A stretch of DNA of 63,547 bases, counting the filler, from Choristocarpus tenellus KU-1152 (taxonomy: Eukaryota > Protista > Phaeophyceae), in the NCBI GenBank assembly GCA_964200185.2. It is 16 parts of 16 records of this genome, joined end to end, with 100 filler letters (N's around TTAATTAATTAA, not from the genome) between each part and the next. Parts side by side here need not be neighbours in the genome. Positions count along the whole stretch, not along the records: positions 50,334 to 53,608 come from CAXNAD020021112.1; positions 53,709 to 56,908 come from CAXNAD020021592.1; positions 57,009 to 59,764 come from CAXNAD020025013.1; positions 59,865 to 63,547 come from CAXNAD020018535.1; 12 more parts are not named here. One strand, written 5' to 3'. A model generated the notes under the pieces. It did not search any database. It saw only the letters and a program-made list of their open reading frames with translations, and was not told the origin of the DNA. Shown here piece by piece: positions 51,214-63,443 of this stretch (its first letter is position 1; each line of letters starts with the position of its first letter). The position numbers were made by a program, and so were the translations under genes.

Positions 51214-51469
51214 GAGTAAAAACATTTTAGAGGTAGAGTCACGTTCGTTTGTGGACCAAAATCCAATATTGCGATTTTGATGTAATTTTGGCTATAGTGT
51301 TTGTTAGTGAGTGTCGATATCCTTGTGCCAGACACACCTTTTCATAACGGATACATTTTACCTACTCCGAAACATTTCAGAGTAGGAAAATGTCATTAGA
51401 AAAAGTGGGAAGCCAAGACCCAAACGGACAAACAGGGCAAAACTCGTACCCTCTAAGATACTTTCACTC
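51214..51469. mobile_element. MITE family A inside a decayed exon
   Basis: Right TIR intact; flanks TTG/TTA. Confidence 0.88.
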
Positions 51470-52149
51470 TTAGTTCTCTCCGTGAGTTGAGGACTTTCCT
51501 GGTCTGCAGTAGGGGTAAAGAAAACGTGAAAACGCTCCACCTCCTCTCCCATGAAGGTCCTGAAATATTCACTTGCAACCTCTACCGAGCACAAACGAGA
51601 GCATTCTAGCGGGAAAGAGAAAATCTAAGTGCCAAGTATATTTATGTACATGAATTAATGCCTTCTATGATGAGGGGTGTTGAAGAAGGTGTTTCACAAG
51701 ACTTCTGTACATAAATTATTTGATATATTCGTTGAGTTGACAGGATGTAGATGAAGGAAGGAAGGAGGAAAGTGGAGTGAGCCTTGAAGCCCAAGGGGGA
51801 GATGAGTACCCTTCTCACCAAATCAATCCAGATATGTTGATCATTAGTCACTAATCACTCATCACAGATTACTTGCTACAAAAAAAAAATGTATTCCTGA
51901 ACTCTTCCATGTTCTAGTTCATTAACCCATACCTATCTTCTTCAAAATGCAAACTTCTTTTCTTCCATCAACTTATTGTTTCATACATATCCTACTTTTA
52001 CTCAAGAATTTTGAAGACATCCTCTTGCCACACTCCCCTGCTTGAAACTTCTAGTGAAAAAGTAATACCACACTCAATCTTCAACATATCACCAATAAAA
52101 AAAGTCAATCCCTCTTCATTTTATTCACGATAGCACTAGAATGCCTATT

Positions 52150-53240
52150 GAAATATTCCTTTCACACTCCCTTTGAAAAAATATCCACACGTTGAAACTT
52201 CGTAGATAACTATCCAATTACAATCTTCCCCTGCCTCTCCAACTGGTGTGCATAGTGGTACCGTGTATATCTATATGCTTTGTCCTCCCTCTGGATGCAT
52301 CCTTTTGAGCATTCTAAAATTGCATCATAATTATCCTCAAACACTGATACAGAGAAATCTTCATGAAGCGGTTGCATGAACAAGTGGACCTGCTGAAGGA
52401 ACTTGGTCGCTAAATCAGAAAACGAGTACACTGTATACGATTGAGGCTCAGTATTTTGCAATGTGTGAGTTGGGGAAAGAGGTTGTCGACAGATCTCCCC
52501 CCAATCATCACTACACCACCAGAAACAGTAACTTCTTGATCAGTCCCTCAATGATACCAACAGCTTAGCCTGAACCTGATTCCTCAGCCATGGATATACC
52601 ATCCACAGGAATGGTCATGATCATCACGGCTTCACCATTCACTATCAACCTGAAGAACATAGACCTGCCTCAGACTGTTCCAATCCCAGCTCCAACAAGG
52701 CACCCACCACCAGAATGTTCCGCCTCTGAAACGCCTAGACTATCCGAAACAGGGACTTCTTCAGCACTCCCACTGCTCCATCAAACTTTGCAATCCCCTC
52801 GGGTTGTTCCACATAAAGTGTCTCCTCTGTGCGTGAAGGCCTTTTTCCCATCACTGTCAATCAGGACATTAACTTCAGCTTCACCGCTAGTGCATGCAAA
52901 GAGAAGTGTATGTGCAAATGACTCAAGGTAATCCTACCTTTTCTTCTGCCTAAATCCTCCTACAATCAACCTGGCCTTGTACCGATCCGCTTCTCTATTT
53001 GCATACATCTTCCAGATGAACACCATCTTAGCTCCGAGCACCTTATGGGCTTAAAAATGGAATCCACACTCCTCTGCTATCCAATTAGTTGACTTCATCA
53101 CCCACGGCTTCTTTTCAGAAGAGCCACTCCTCCGAATCCATTGTCTCTCTCATCGTCCTGAGTTCAGGTGGTAGTATCCGCACATCCCCACCAACAAGCA
53201 GATCAACCAGTCTCTCTCTTCTCATACATACCTCGTACGG
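52150..53240 (-). mobile_element. Ty1/Copia relic (RT and RNase H, internally deleted)
   Basis: KEAVGDEVN*LDSRGVW, VLGAKMVFIWK..DRYKARLIVGGFRQKK..DYLESFA; VFEDN, RYHYAHQL, FQRVDIFSK. Confidence 0.85.
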
Positions 53241-53332
53241 AATTAAATGTAACACATATTTTACAGCCCCAATGAAAAAGCAAGACTTTTTTCACATGTT
53301 CATATTTTGTGAGTGCATTGTGCAGACACTAA

Positions 53333-53591
53333 GAGTGAAAGTATCTTAGAAGATACGAATTTTGCCCTGTTTGTCCATTTGGAGCTTGGCTTCCCATGGG
53401 TTCTTTTATGACACTTTCCTACTCTGAAATGTTTCGGAGTAGGTAAAATGTATACGTTATGAAAATGTGTGTACGGAACGTGGATACTGACACTTTCTAA
53501 CCAACACGACAGCCAAAATTACATCAAAATCGAAACATTGGATTTTGACCCCCAAATGGACGCGGCTCTACCCTCTAATATACTTTGGCTC
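53333..53591. mobile_element. MITE family A, inverted, full length
   Basis: GAGTGAAAGTATCTTAGA / TACCCTCTAATATACTTTGGCTC. Confidence 0.92.
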
Positions 53592-53708
53592 GTCAGGTGG
53601 GTTGGCTGNNNNNNNNNNNNNNNNNNNNNNNNNNNNNNNNNNNNNNNNNNNNTTAATTAATTAANNNNNNNNNNNNNNNNNNNNNNNNNNNNNNNNNNNN
53701 NNNNNNNN

Positions 53709-53851
53709 ACCAGGGTGTCCATTTGGGTCAAACCAGGAAAAGTGCACTTTCATTATCTATTCGACGTATGGAACCAAGTCACCCAAAACTCGCGACATGA
53801 ATAAAATGACCCCAAATGGACAGCCGCCACCCCCCCCAGATACTTTGAGTA
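53709..53851. mobile_element. MITE family B, partial at contig start
   Basis: Ends CCCCCAGATACTTTGAGT. Confidence 0.85.
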
Positions 53852-54466
53852 ACCTGTGGTGTTTCTATTCTTTAAATATCTAAATTGTTTTGATGAGTCG
53901 CTTTCTGTTATAATATGCTATTGCTTGAAGTATCCTCTGTAAAAAACGCAATATAGAAAGGAGTATGATGGACCTCACTCTACACAGAACGCAGAGTGAA
54001 GTGTCTGGCTCTTTATTTCGTTGGTATGGTTGGTTGTTGTAGTATGGATTACCAAAGCAACCAATAATCGATGATACGGATGAACATTATTTGATGTTAG
54101 AGATACGTTACACTTTCCGGAGGGTTGTTTAGTGGTGGTACAAACATCGTACTCTATGACGGTGGAGATCAAAAACTTTGTGTCACTAAAATTGAGCGAA
54201 GAATGCTATTAATAGTAAGTAATAATAGTTGGAATCACAAATCGAAACAAGCGGAAGTCTGGAGAGGCTGGCGTGCATGCATACTTACATTCATACATAC
54301 ATCATGTATATACAGTAAATGATGGAGTCAGTTGCGTGGAGAATGGGTTTAAGATCCCCAAAAACACAATAAGCGCCATCTTTAGGCCTGTGGATCAGAG
54401 GTATACATCCCGTGGAGGTATGGTTTGGAGCGTGCTATAACACATTATGCAGATCTGAAGGAACCA

Positions 54467-55967
54467 CTGACCAACCAATGTAAACCCCATTCGCCAATGA
54501 TTTCCAGCCACCGCTCACCTCTGGAGACCAACCAGTGCAAACCATCCTCGCCACTTGTTTCCAGTCACCCCCCCCCACATCTGGTGACCAACCAGTGCGA
54601 CCCCGTCACCACTGATTTCAAGTCACCACCAAACTCTTCACTCCCACTCAACCCTACACCACTCACCACTCCACTTCACCATTCAACAGCACTCCCCCAC
54701 ACAAGACTTTTCCTCACTTATCGCTTCCCTACCCTATTCAACACCACTCACCCCTCACCCCCCAACACTTCCCCCCACTTTCCACTCCCCTAAGCCACTC
54801 AGCACCGCTCCACAATCATCCAAGAACACCCCTTCATTTATCCTCTTCATTCCATGCCTTTAAAGTAGAAGACACTTGACCCCCCCTCCTTCTCGGGGCT
54901 TACTTCTATTCGACTAGTAGTTCACCACAGCACCTCCTGCCCCGTTTGTACCAAATTCTTCCTACTCTCTGCCAGATACTTTGAAACCAACATGGGGTCC
55001 CTCTGGTTGGCCCTTACATACATCATGAATGCACCCAATTTCCACCTTTGCTCCCTCTATATTACTTATCTCTGAAGCCCCCGTTATAGCTATTCTTGTG
55101 GCTCCCCATATCCTGCCCAAGTGCAAGGCGTACTCCTCTGGTCTCAACCTGAGTTCCCTCACTATTCCTCTCAGGATGCATGTTGCTAGACCCCTCGTAC
55201 TCACCCTTCACCTCTCCCCATCCCTTGTCAATTCACCCTCCCTAACATCTCCATATAGTGCTTTGCTTAGCCCTGAAGAAATCACGAAGTGCTATGTGGG
55301 AAGTTTGAAGTAAAGAAATAGTTTGTCGTAGTCCTGGTTTGCTTGAAATCTTAATCTTTGGTTGTACCTACTACGTTCCCCTTAATCTGGGAGCAAAAGC
55401 AGATAAACTGCACTAGAGCCTTCACAACATCCAGCTCTTGACCTCTAGGGTCCAAACACCAACTAAATCATCCCTATGTACGGAGCTCAGAACACTGTTC
55501 CCAAGCTATCTCATAACACTTCTGAGTAGATGGCTCAACCCTCTGGTGTACAGGACTGAAAGGCACTCAAAACACATCATTTCCCCTTCCTAACATGGAG
55601 CCTGCTCCTGCCAGTCAACACGTGGACAAGCATGGTGGAGATTATATTGAATCTTTTCCTTGTCCCATTTTGATATTCCATCTACCAAATCACTTTTCTT
55701 CCCATTAACATGTTCTGCTGCAAACGACCATTCCCCTGCTACCTCTAACACCCCCATTATCCTCATTAATCCTCCCGCCCTCCCATCTCTAGCCCCCCCA
55801 CACTTACGAAACCAATGCACTGCAGACGTGTCTGCTCTTAACAATACTGGGTCTCCCTTCTTTATCCTTCCCCTTATCTTCAATGCCAATAACCACGCAG
55901 TCACCACCATTCCCAACAATTCTAGTACATAGATTGATATACTCCCTCCGTCTACTTTTATCACACT
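54467..55967 (-). mobile_element. Second decayed Ngaro/DIRS-type element (RNase H, deleted YR, 3' tandem repeats)
   Basis: VLELLGMVV..LLRADTSAVHW..LVDGISKW; LRPEEYALHLGRIWGAT; collinear with 775-2360. Confidence 0.88.
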
Positions 55968-56830
55968 TCAGAACTCTAGGGGTAGGGAGTCTGGGGAGGT
56001 GTGGGCTAGCTCCCATAGTTTTGCAAACGCCTTTGCCACTTCCTCGTGACCAACATCTGTCGTGATGACTGATCTGATGTGGCTTGGGCGCATCCCGTCA
56101 GGGCATGGTGCTGAGTTGCTGTTAGCCCTCATGAAGGCTTTTCGAAGGGAGGTGGGGGTGTACTCCCCTTCAGGAGGGCAACACCTTTGTTCCCCAGATC
56201 TTGCATTTCCTTGTACCCTGTCCTTTGCGTCCGTGATGGCCTGACTAAGCTCATCTTGGTTCTCACTCGGGTGTTTAGGGACCAGTATATTGAAAGCATC
56301 GTCCGTCCCTGGGGCTCTGGGTTGTGCTAGAAGCACGCTCGCTCCCTTACAAATTCCCCCATGGTAGTGACCCAGAGCTGCAGCGCGTTCCTGGCGGGAC
56401 TTGGGGTCCTCTCCAGGGGCCTCCCTACGTCTGCTGGTCCTCTGGGATCGTTCTAGTAGCCATGCAACTAGCTCTTGGATGTTCTCTGAAGCCCCCCGGG
56501 TAAACCTTTCCTCCCTCGAGAACGTTCCATCATTTGCCAATAAAAGGCCTGAGATCATGTGGAAGAGTTTGGATGCTGTGATGACCCCTATTGTTGGTGT
56601 CCCCCCTTCCAGGCTTGGGGCAGTTACCTCGTGTGTCAAGAGATTCACTGTGTGCATGAGGGCGATTGGGTGGGTGGTACGAAGCCTGCCTGGGAGCTTC
56701 TTCACTGTGGTGATATTTACCCGCTCCAGGGTCTCCATCTGGACTTGGTCAAGGGCAGATGCTACGCTTGGAGTATGGACCCCCCAAGGTAGACGTAGAT
56801 GTGGTGGTAGGTGGCCTAGGTTATCTGTGG
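55968..56830 (-). mobile_element. 5' part of the CRE-like ORF (pre-RT region and RT domain 0)
   Basis: 256-aa open frame with SAPCPDGMRPSHI; its end TDVGHEEVAKAFAKLWELAHTSPDSLPLEF matches TDVGHKQVTEVFEKLWELVYTSPDSLPPEF at 47260-47350. Confidence 0.85.
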
Positions 56831-57260
56831 AGGGGGAGGGGGTAGTGGGGGTAGTGGGGGTAGGGGGGGTAGGTGGTGGTGGTGGTGGTGATTGGGGCAG
56901 GGTAGGGGNNNNNNNNNNNNNNNNNNNNNNNNNNNNNNNNNNNNNNNNNNNNTTAATTAATTAANNNNNNNNNNNNNNNNNNNNNNNNNNNNNNNNNNNN
57001 NNNNNNNNGGGGGGGGGGGATTTCAGGCAACACCGTCGATAAAACAATCAAGGACTCTTTTTATTGCACGTCTGTGGTTAACCACACATACTTACTACAT
57101 CTCACCCGAAAATCAATAAGTTGGTTGACAGGGTATCTAAACGCGGGATAGCTATCTCAGCTTAGGTTGAATAGCAGGACACAGAGAGATTTCGCAACAG
57201 CTGTAACCCAACCAGAGGAGTAGAGCGCAACCATCCCACCAATGTCGACAACTCTCTCAC

Positions 57261-58289
57261 CTTTTGGTAAATTTTGCGGATCTCTGCTAGTGACACTTCT
57301 TTCTTCTTCGTCTGTCGCTTGATAGCTTCTTGGAGCTCGGGCTGAAAATATATTTTATCGTATAACGTGCGCTCAACCACACTCTCGGTCGTGTCATTGA
57401 ATGCCATAAACATGGCGGTGCAGTGGGTGAACGGGACAAGGGTTAGATGGGGAGCGGTCGCGGGACACACGCGGCCTGCGGTACCGAGCAACATGTTGCT
57501 GTGGACAGGAATACCACGAGGGATAAAAAAGACGAGCAACAAAAAGATCCACAAAGGGCTGACTGACAATGAACATAGCAAGGGAAACTTGGCAACAACT
57601 TCGTAGATCAGAATAGTCATCAGGCAATCATGGAACAATGAAAACACTCAACTTACTTCGGTGCTTAGTTGATCAGAATGGTTAGGTGATCATGGAACAA
57701 CGTCATGATTATCAACTTACTTTGTTGTTTACTTGATGGTAATAGTCATCAGGCGAACATGGAACAACGAGAACACTCAACTTACTCTGTTGCTTAGTTG
57801 ATCAGAACGGTCAGGCGATTATGGAACAACGAAAACAGTCCATCACCCACCATTGGCAGTTAGCCTCTCTTCTGCTTGGTTGAACTCCATGTAGATCCGC
57901 ATGGTGAAAGCGCGCTCGGGATCAAACTCTCTCTTCAGCACTATTCTATGGTTTCCGTCCAATACACGCCCTTCAATGACAAGTGCAGTTTCGGCGTTGA
58001 GCTGATCCACATTACCTAAACAGTCTCGCTGGATGATAGCACTTGGAGCAAACTGCTCCAGCCAGCCTTTCTCCTGTATAGACTTCCTCATGCGCGCAAG
58101 GCCACGCTGTCTTAAAGGACGCACCATCTCTGTGCATGTGACGTTTGTGAGTTTCATCTTGTACGAGCCGAGGTAGTGATACTCTAGGAGCTGGGACATG
58201 CCCTTCAGAGTTAAGTCCCATGTTCTCGATCCATGGGCAGCGCCATCGACGGGCGGGTGGGTTGTTGTTGTTGAGGGAATGTTGGACAT
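57261..58289 (-). CDS. Intron-containing ParB/Srx-fold (ParB-N-like) protein, partial, possibly pseudogenised; exons 58289-57851 and 57403-57261
   Basis: GCCATG start; VRPLRQRGLARMRKSIQEKGWLEQFAPSAII..RVLDGNHRIVLK..MRIYMEFNQAEERLTAN|AFNDTTESVVERTLYDKIYF..VSLAEIRKIYQK|GTGAGA; the phase-1 join restores the frame but the acceptor reads GG. Confidence 0.75.
57598..57843. repeat. Intronic minisatellite, four units of 64-65 bp in an alternating pattern
   Basis: ACTTAC at 57651, 57715, 57780; ATGGAACAA in each unit. Confidence 0.9.
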
Positions 58290-58700
58290 GGCAATGATCG
58301 GGAGGGTGTGATGGGGATGGATAAGTAAGAGGTCTGCGTAGTATCTACGGAAGGGAATGAATTGAAATGAGGACTGAGGGATGGGAGGTGCTGTTTTATT
58401 TCATCTGGTCTGTCGGTCCTCAAAACTCAGATTTCACAATTTTTATGAGAATTGTGTTATAAGAAATACGAATATCAAACAGAATACGATTTCATATTGA
58501 ACTGGGACAGAGAGTACCTGTATTTTTGTGACCTTTTCGTTTCGTACGTTTCAAACGTATTAGATCAATGAAGGATGTGGTTTGTATCTGTAGTTCTTGA
58601 TGTAAAGATTAGAATATCATTCTAATTTTGTAAAAACTCTAACGCACGAGTTTTGGGTGTTCAACGGTAAGAGCGATCCGGACGGATCTTTATTACCATA

Positions 58701-58959
58701 GAGTCAAAGTATCTTAGAGGGTAGAGCCGCGTCCATTTGGGGACCAAAATCCAATGTTGGAATTTTGATGTAATTTTGGCTATCATAATTGTTAGGAGAT
58801 GCCAATATCCTTGTTCTGGACACATCTTTTCATAACGTACGCATTTTATTTACTCCGAAACATTTTGGAGTAGGTAAAATGTCCTTAAAAACCCGTGGGA
58901 AGCCAAGCCCCAAATGGACAAACAGGGAAAAACTCGTACCTTCTAAGATACTTTCACTC
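58701..58959. mobile_element. MITE family A, full length
   Basis: GAGTCAAAGTATCTTAGAGGGTA / TTCTAAGATACTTTCACTC; flanks ATA/GTA. Confidence 0.93.
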
Positions 58960-59374
58960 GTAGATCCACTTTTTTGTGGTCTCTAGTGTTTATTTAAATA
59001 CCAAAGACGCCAAAAAGCGGATTTAGTATTTAAATAAATAGTGGGTACTAGTTGGAAGTGTCCTTTTAGTTTCTGAAAATTGGAAACGTGTGAGACCCAT
59101 AAAGTGCGTTCTTGGTATTTTCAAAAAATGTAAGAACGGTTATTACTGGATTTACTATTTTAAAAAACCCTAACGCACGTGTAAAGTGCATCTTTAGTTA
59201 TTCCAGATCCGCGCTGATCAGTTTTCCCCAAAGAACCACTTTTTATCGCCTCTACAGTTTATGAAAATCCATATATCCGATTTGGTAAGATTTTGTACTT
59301 CAAATATGTAGAGGGTGCAAGTTGTTTTTTGACGTTTTGGTTACTGTAAATTGGAAACATACAAGATTAATTAA

Positions 59375-59750
59375 GTATGTGATTGGTATCTTAAAAAATA
59401 CAAATCACTGATATAATTTTATTTATTAAAATAGAACTCACGGATATAATCTGATCTACAACTTCCAAAAAATGTAACGCACGGATTTTCAGGAACATGG
59501 ATCTCAGGGTGGTCCCACGGAAAGCCCAGTGCTCAAACAAAGTTGGTTTCGGAACATTGGAAATGTATAAGAACAATTAAGTGTGTGATTGATATCTTAT
59601 TAAATAGAAATCACTGATAAAATTGGATATAAAAAAAATAGAAATCACGGATATAATCTGATTTACAACTTCCGAAAAATGTAACGCACGGATTTTCAGG
59701 ATTATGGATCTCAGGGTGGTCCCACCGATCGCCCGAGGATCAAACAAAGT
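59375..59750. repeat. Tandem duplication, period about 207 bp
   Basis: AAATCACTGATA..CACGGATATAATCTGAT..TGTAACGCACGGATTTTCAGGA..TGGATCTCAGGGTGGTCCCAC occurs twice. Confidence 0.9.
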
Positions 59751-61044
59751 TTATATGCTCGTCTNNNNNNNNNNNNNNNNNNNNNNNNNNNNNNNNNNNN
59801 NNNNNNNNTTAATTAATTAANNNNNNNNNNNNNNNNNNNNNNNNNNNNNNNNNNNNNNNNNNNNCAAGCCCATCCTCAATGAAAAGCTCCATCCTCAATT
59901 CTTGAAATCGGCTGTTATATATAGTACAAGTAGTAGTGGAGGTAGTAAATAGTATGATCCCCCCCTTCCTATTAAGTAGAGCAAAAAAGTAAAATAATGG
60001 TAATAATAGTATATGTATAATGAAAAACAATACTACAAATGGGTAGTTGGCAAAAGCAACGAAAAGGGAGAGACACACTTGCGTTTCCATTATGGTGCTA
60101 CTAATATGGTCCAATAAAAGAAAAACGACAACAGGAAACCACCTCTTTTAGTGCTTCTCTATATTTCATGCTTGTAATGAGCAATGTTGAGCATCTAATC
60201 AACTCCGTGTGAATGCTGTATGCTATTAATACACCCATCCTATGCAGTACGTAGCATTATTGGGGAGATCTTGAAGGGAAGTCTATTTAGTTCGACCCTT
60301 TTGAGTATTCCAGACTTTTTTGGTATTCTGATTGGCAGTCCATTTATCATGCCAGAAATACAGGCAACCCCCCCTAGGAAGAGGCTGTGGCTGAGAAAGT
60401 GGATAAACTATTCATCCACACCGTACACAAGTGCAAAATCACTCTCCAGAGAGTTCTAGAAGCACATTTACTTACCAGAATGCAGTCATAGAAACCCAAA
60501 GTACTTAGCGACACCCCTCTCTGGTATGATTCCTACTATAGAGAGCTAGGCCTACTCTATACAACTTGTCATGGCTGGTTGGGATAAACGTGATAACAAC
60601 AAACCTTACAACGCCTATGTTCCAGTCGCTCCATGTACGGCAAAGCAGTAGTAGGGGTGGATGGCTGCATGCTTTTCAGATCAAACATGGATCACATATC
60701 TAAATATTATTTAACAAAATTTGCCATGCAATTAATTGATTGTCCCCTAAAGAGGAGCTGTTGCGCAGGAAGCACTCACTATCTACTCAACAATGTGTTC
60801 TGTATATATAGCCCACAAAGTGGCAATATTATTTGTCCCCTCAGGAAATATCAACATGCACAAGATAAATCGATGACTGTTGCTAACTAGGACCAATGAC
60901 AAATGTATGCGTTATTCCCAAAGTGGATCGAGAGTGTTTAGATGTGTTCATTTCTTTCAAAAACTGAACTCTCTCCATTTGATACACAAAGATACACAAC
61001 ATCATTATCGGCTGACAATATGGTGAGAAAAGTATCACCACTCT

Positions 61045-61311
61045 GAGTCAACGTAAACAAGAGGGTACCCAGGGTTGCATTTGAAGGGTGTCGACAAATA
61101 TTTGCAAACCTCGACTTTTTCTACAAATAAGCGAATATGGATGTGTTTTTTTTAATTGTGTCGGAAAAGTTTCAAACAATAGAAATAAACGCTCTTAAGT
61201 CAAACTTGGAACTTCATCCATAGAAAACACACGGCAAATTGAAAAATATTGAAAAACACACTTAAAATACAAATCGACTGTAACCTGGGTACCTCTTGTT
61301 TACTTTGCCTC
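61045..61311. mobile_element. MITE family C, full length
   Basis: GAGTCAACGTAAACAAGAGGGTACCCAGG / CCTGGGTACCTCTTGTTTACTTTGCCTC; TSD TCT. Confidence 0.88.
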
Positions 61312-61379
61312 TCTGTGCACTGAGAGATCTGCTTGACACTGTTCCACAATCCTTGTGAAATTTACCATCTATCGCCCAC

Positions 61380-63069
61380 CCGGGGCCCTCAAAACCCTTC
61401 CCACGCTATCCTTGAATTCTTCCACTGTAAGTCTTCCCTCTTCCTTGGTACGCATCTGTGCTATGCAACATAACACCTCATTGACATGATGAGGGAAGCG
61501 CTCTAGGAGGATGCGTGGTTGAGCTCTGAGAGTTATAATGAGCTGTGCCTTGGAAACAAGGTTGGTCCCGGGCTCCTTCTGCATCCATCACAAAAGCAGG
61601 AGAGTTAGAGCAGGAAAGGGGAGATGAGAACTGGAGTGATGATATCAATGTTTTGATCTCATATCATCCTGGTGAATGGGCACATTGCACTGCTGATAGA
61701 AGTACTGGTGAATGATGGTGACAAAAGTCAAACAACTACTACTACCAACTACCATTGATAACTCTTCTGGAAGCAGTAGAACCTACTCTTTTGAACTTTC
61801 CGAAAGAGAGGGGAAGAAAGCCGCATTTTTTTACTCTAGCCCAGACCTGTCAAAAGTCAAGGTATCTAGGAGGGTATAGCCGCATCCATTTGGGGGTCAA
61901 AATCCAATGTTGCAATTTTGTTGCAATTTCGTTACAATTTTGGTTATCCTGTTTGTTTGGAGACGTCGATGTCCTTGTTTCGGACACACCTTTTTCATAA
62001 CGTATGCATCTTACCTATTCCGAAACATTTTGGACAAGGTAAAATGTCATCAAAAACTCGTGGGAAGCCAAGTCCCAAATGGACAAACAGGGAAAAACTT
62101 GTACCCTCTAAGATACTTTCACTCTCTTGCTCTTTTCGTTTTGACCACTAGTTCACCATGCCGTCCCTCTCTTCAAATACCCATCACGAGGTACTTTGCG
62201 GATGTGGGAGTTGAGTCAAGGCTGTAGAACTTGAAGGTGACATTATCAGTTCAATTCCTATCAAAAGTTAGTGGGGGAATACTACTTTTCGGAGCCGTAC
62301 ACACTTTTCTATACCTTTCATCTGATGGCCTGCAGGTTAACTTGAATAAGTCACATCAGCTTGTCCTGTAGAAACCTCTCTTTACTCAACAACCTGCCAC
62401 ACAATGAGTCACCTCCTCCCATCCATCTTGACCACCTCCCACAAGCAACCCTAAGCCTCCGCCTCAGTCATGACTGACACTACAAACATTCCCTGAATGA
62501 TTCATCAACAATTTCACTCAAGTAAGGGCCTGAGATCCAGGCTGGTGAGGGCAACTCGTGGCTTGTATAAGCCCCCTAATGCCAACGCCCCCTTAAGATG
62601 ACAAACCTCAACTATTTTGATGGCAAAGTCTTCTCCATTCTTGCCAGGTAGGTCAAAGAAACTGAAATATGCTCTAGATTATGATACACATGCACCACCA
62701 TCCCAACTAGGTCATCAAGACACAGCGTTGTACAAGTGGAAGTGAGAACCATATACAGTTAAACATTGGCTAGTCCCCTTATCCGACACAACTCAGAAAA
62801 AATACCCTATGCACATTTGTAATAAAAAAAGTCGAATCTTTCACATGTTTGTCGGCATCCCTAATATCTAGGGGTACCTCTGTTTACTTTGACTCACTTT
62901 CAAGATTCCAAAAAAAAATCGTGTGCGATGCTCTCACCTCGGCTAATTCAAACACCTCCTTGAGCAATGCAGCCCTCTCCATCGACGAGCGCTTGTCAGT
63001 GAACCTGTCCTTTTCCTGATCACTACGCATGTCTTCTTCTCGGATATACCCGGGGGCTTGATAAGGGTC
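61380..63069 (-). CDS. Partial EF-hand-like protein; exons 63069-62938 and 61578-61380
   Basis: Phase-0 join gives AALLKEVFELAE|KEPGTNLVSKAQLIITLR and a second hand MRTKEEGRLTVEEFKDSV; loops are non-canonical. Confidence 0.7.
61854..62124. mobile_element. MITE family A, intronic
   Basis: Right TIR TACCCTCTAAGATACTTTCACTC; internal match to A. Confidence 0.9.
62790..62895. mobile_element. MITE family C, partial, intronic
   Basis: Ends GGGTACCTCTGTTTACTTTGACTC. Confidence 0.7.
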
Positions 63070-63443
63070 CTGTTCCAATTAGGGCAAGGAGGAATAGGGA
63101 AGGTAGACTTGTAGTTGGTGGCAACCTCGTGGTTGCAAGTGTGCTTGGGAAGGTAAGCATTACAATAGCTACCCATGGACAAGATGTCAATGTGACCTCT
63201 GCAATCCTTTTCATAGTCAAGCAAACTGTCTTATCGATGTTAGTGAAGCCACTTCTTATAGCTAATGGTATATGCCAAAAATCGGTCTGGTTACAAGTCT
63301 CCAAACAGACTTCTGGAGGGAGCACTTAAGAAAGGGTGAAGACGATTTTAGTGAAGACAATTTTTCCCTCCCATTATTATCATAATACACATGTTTCACC
63401 TTCCCTGCGCCTTCTTTACAAGTTCCTTACATTGGGGGGCTAA

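Noticed and set aside
57598-57843. Regularly spaced repeats next to a prokaryote-like gene, as a CRISPR array
   Set aside because: Whole units are homologous with no unique spacers; lies in a spliceosomal intron; no cas genes.
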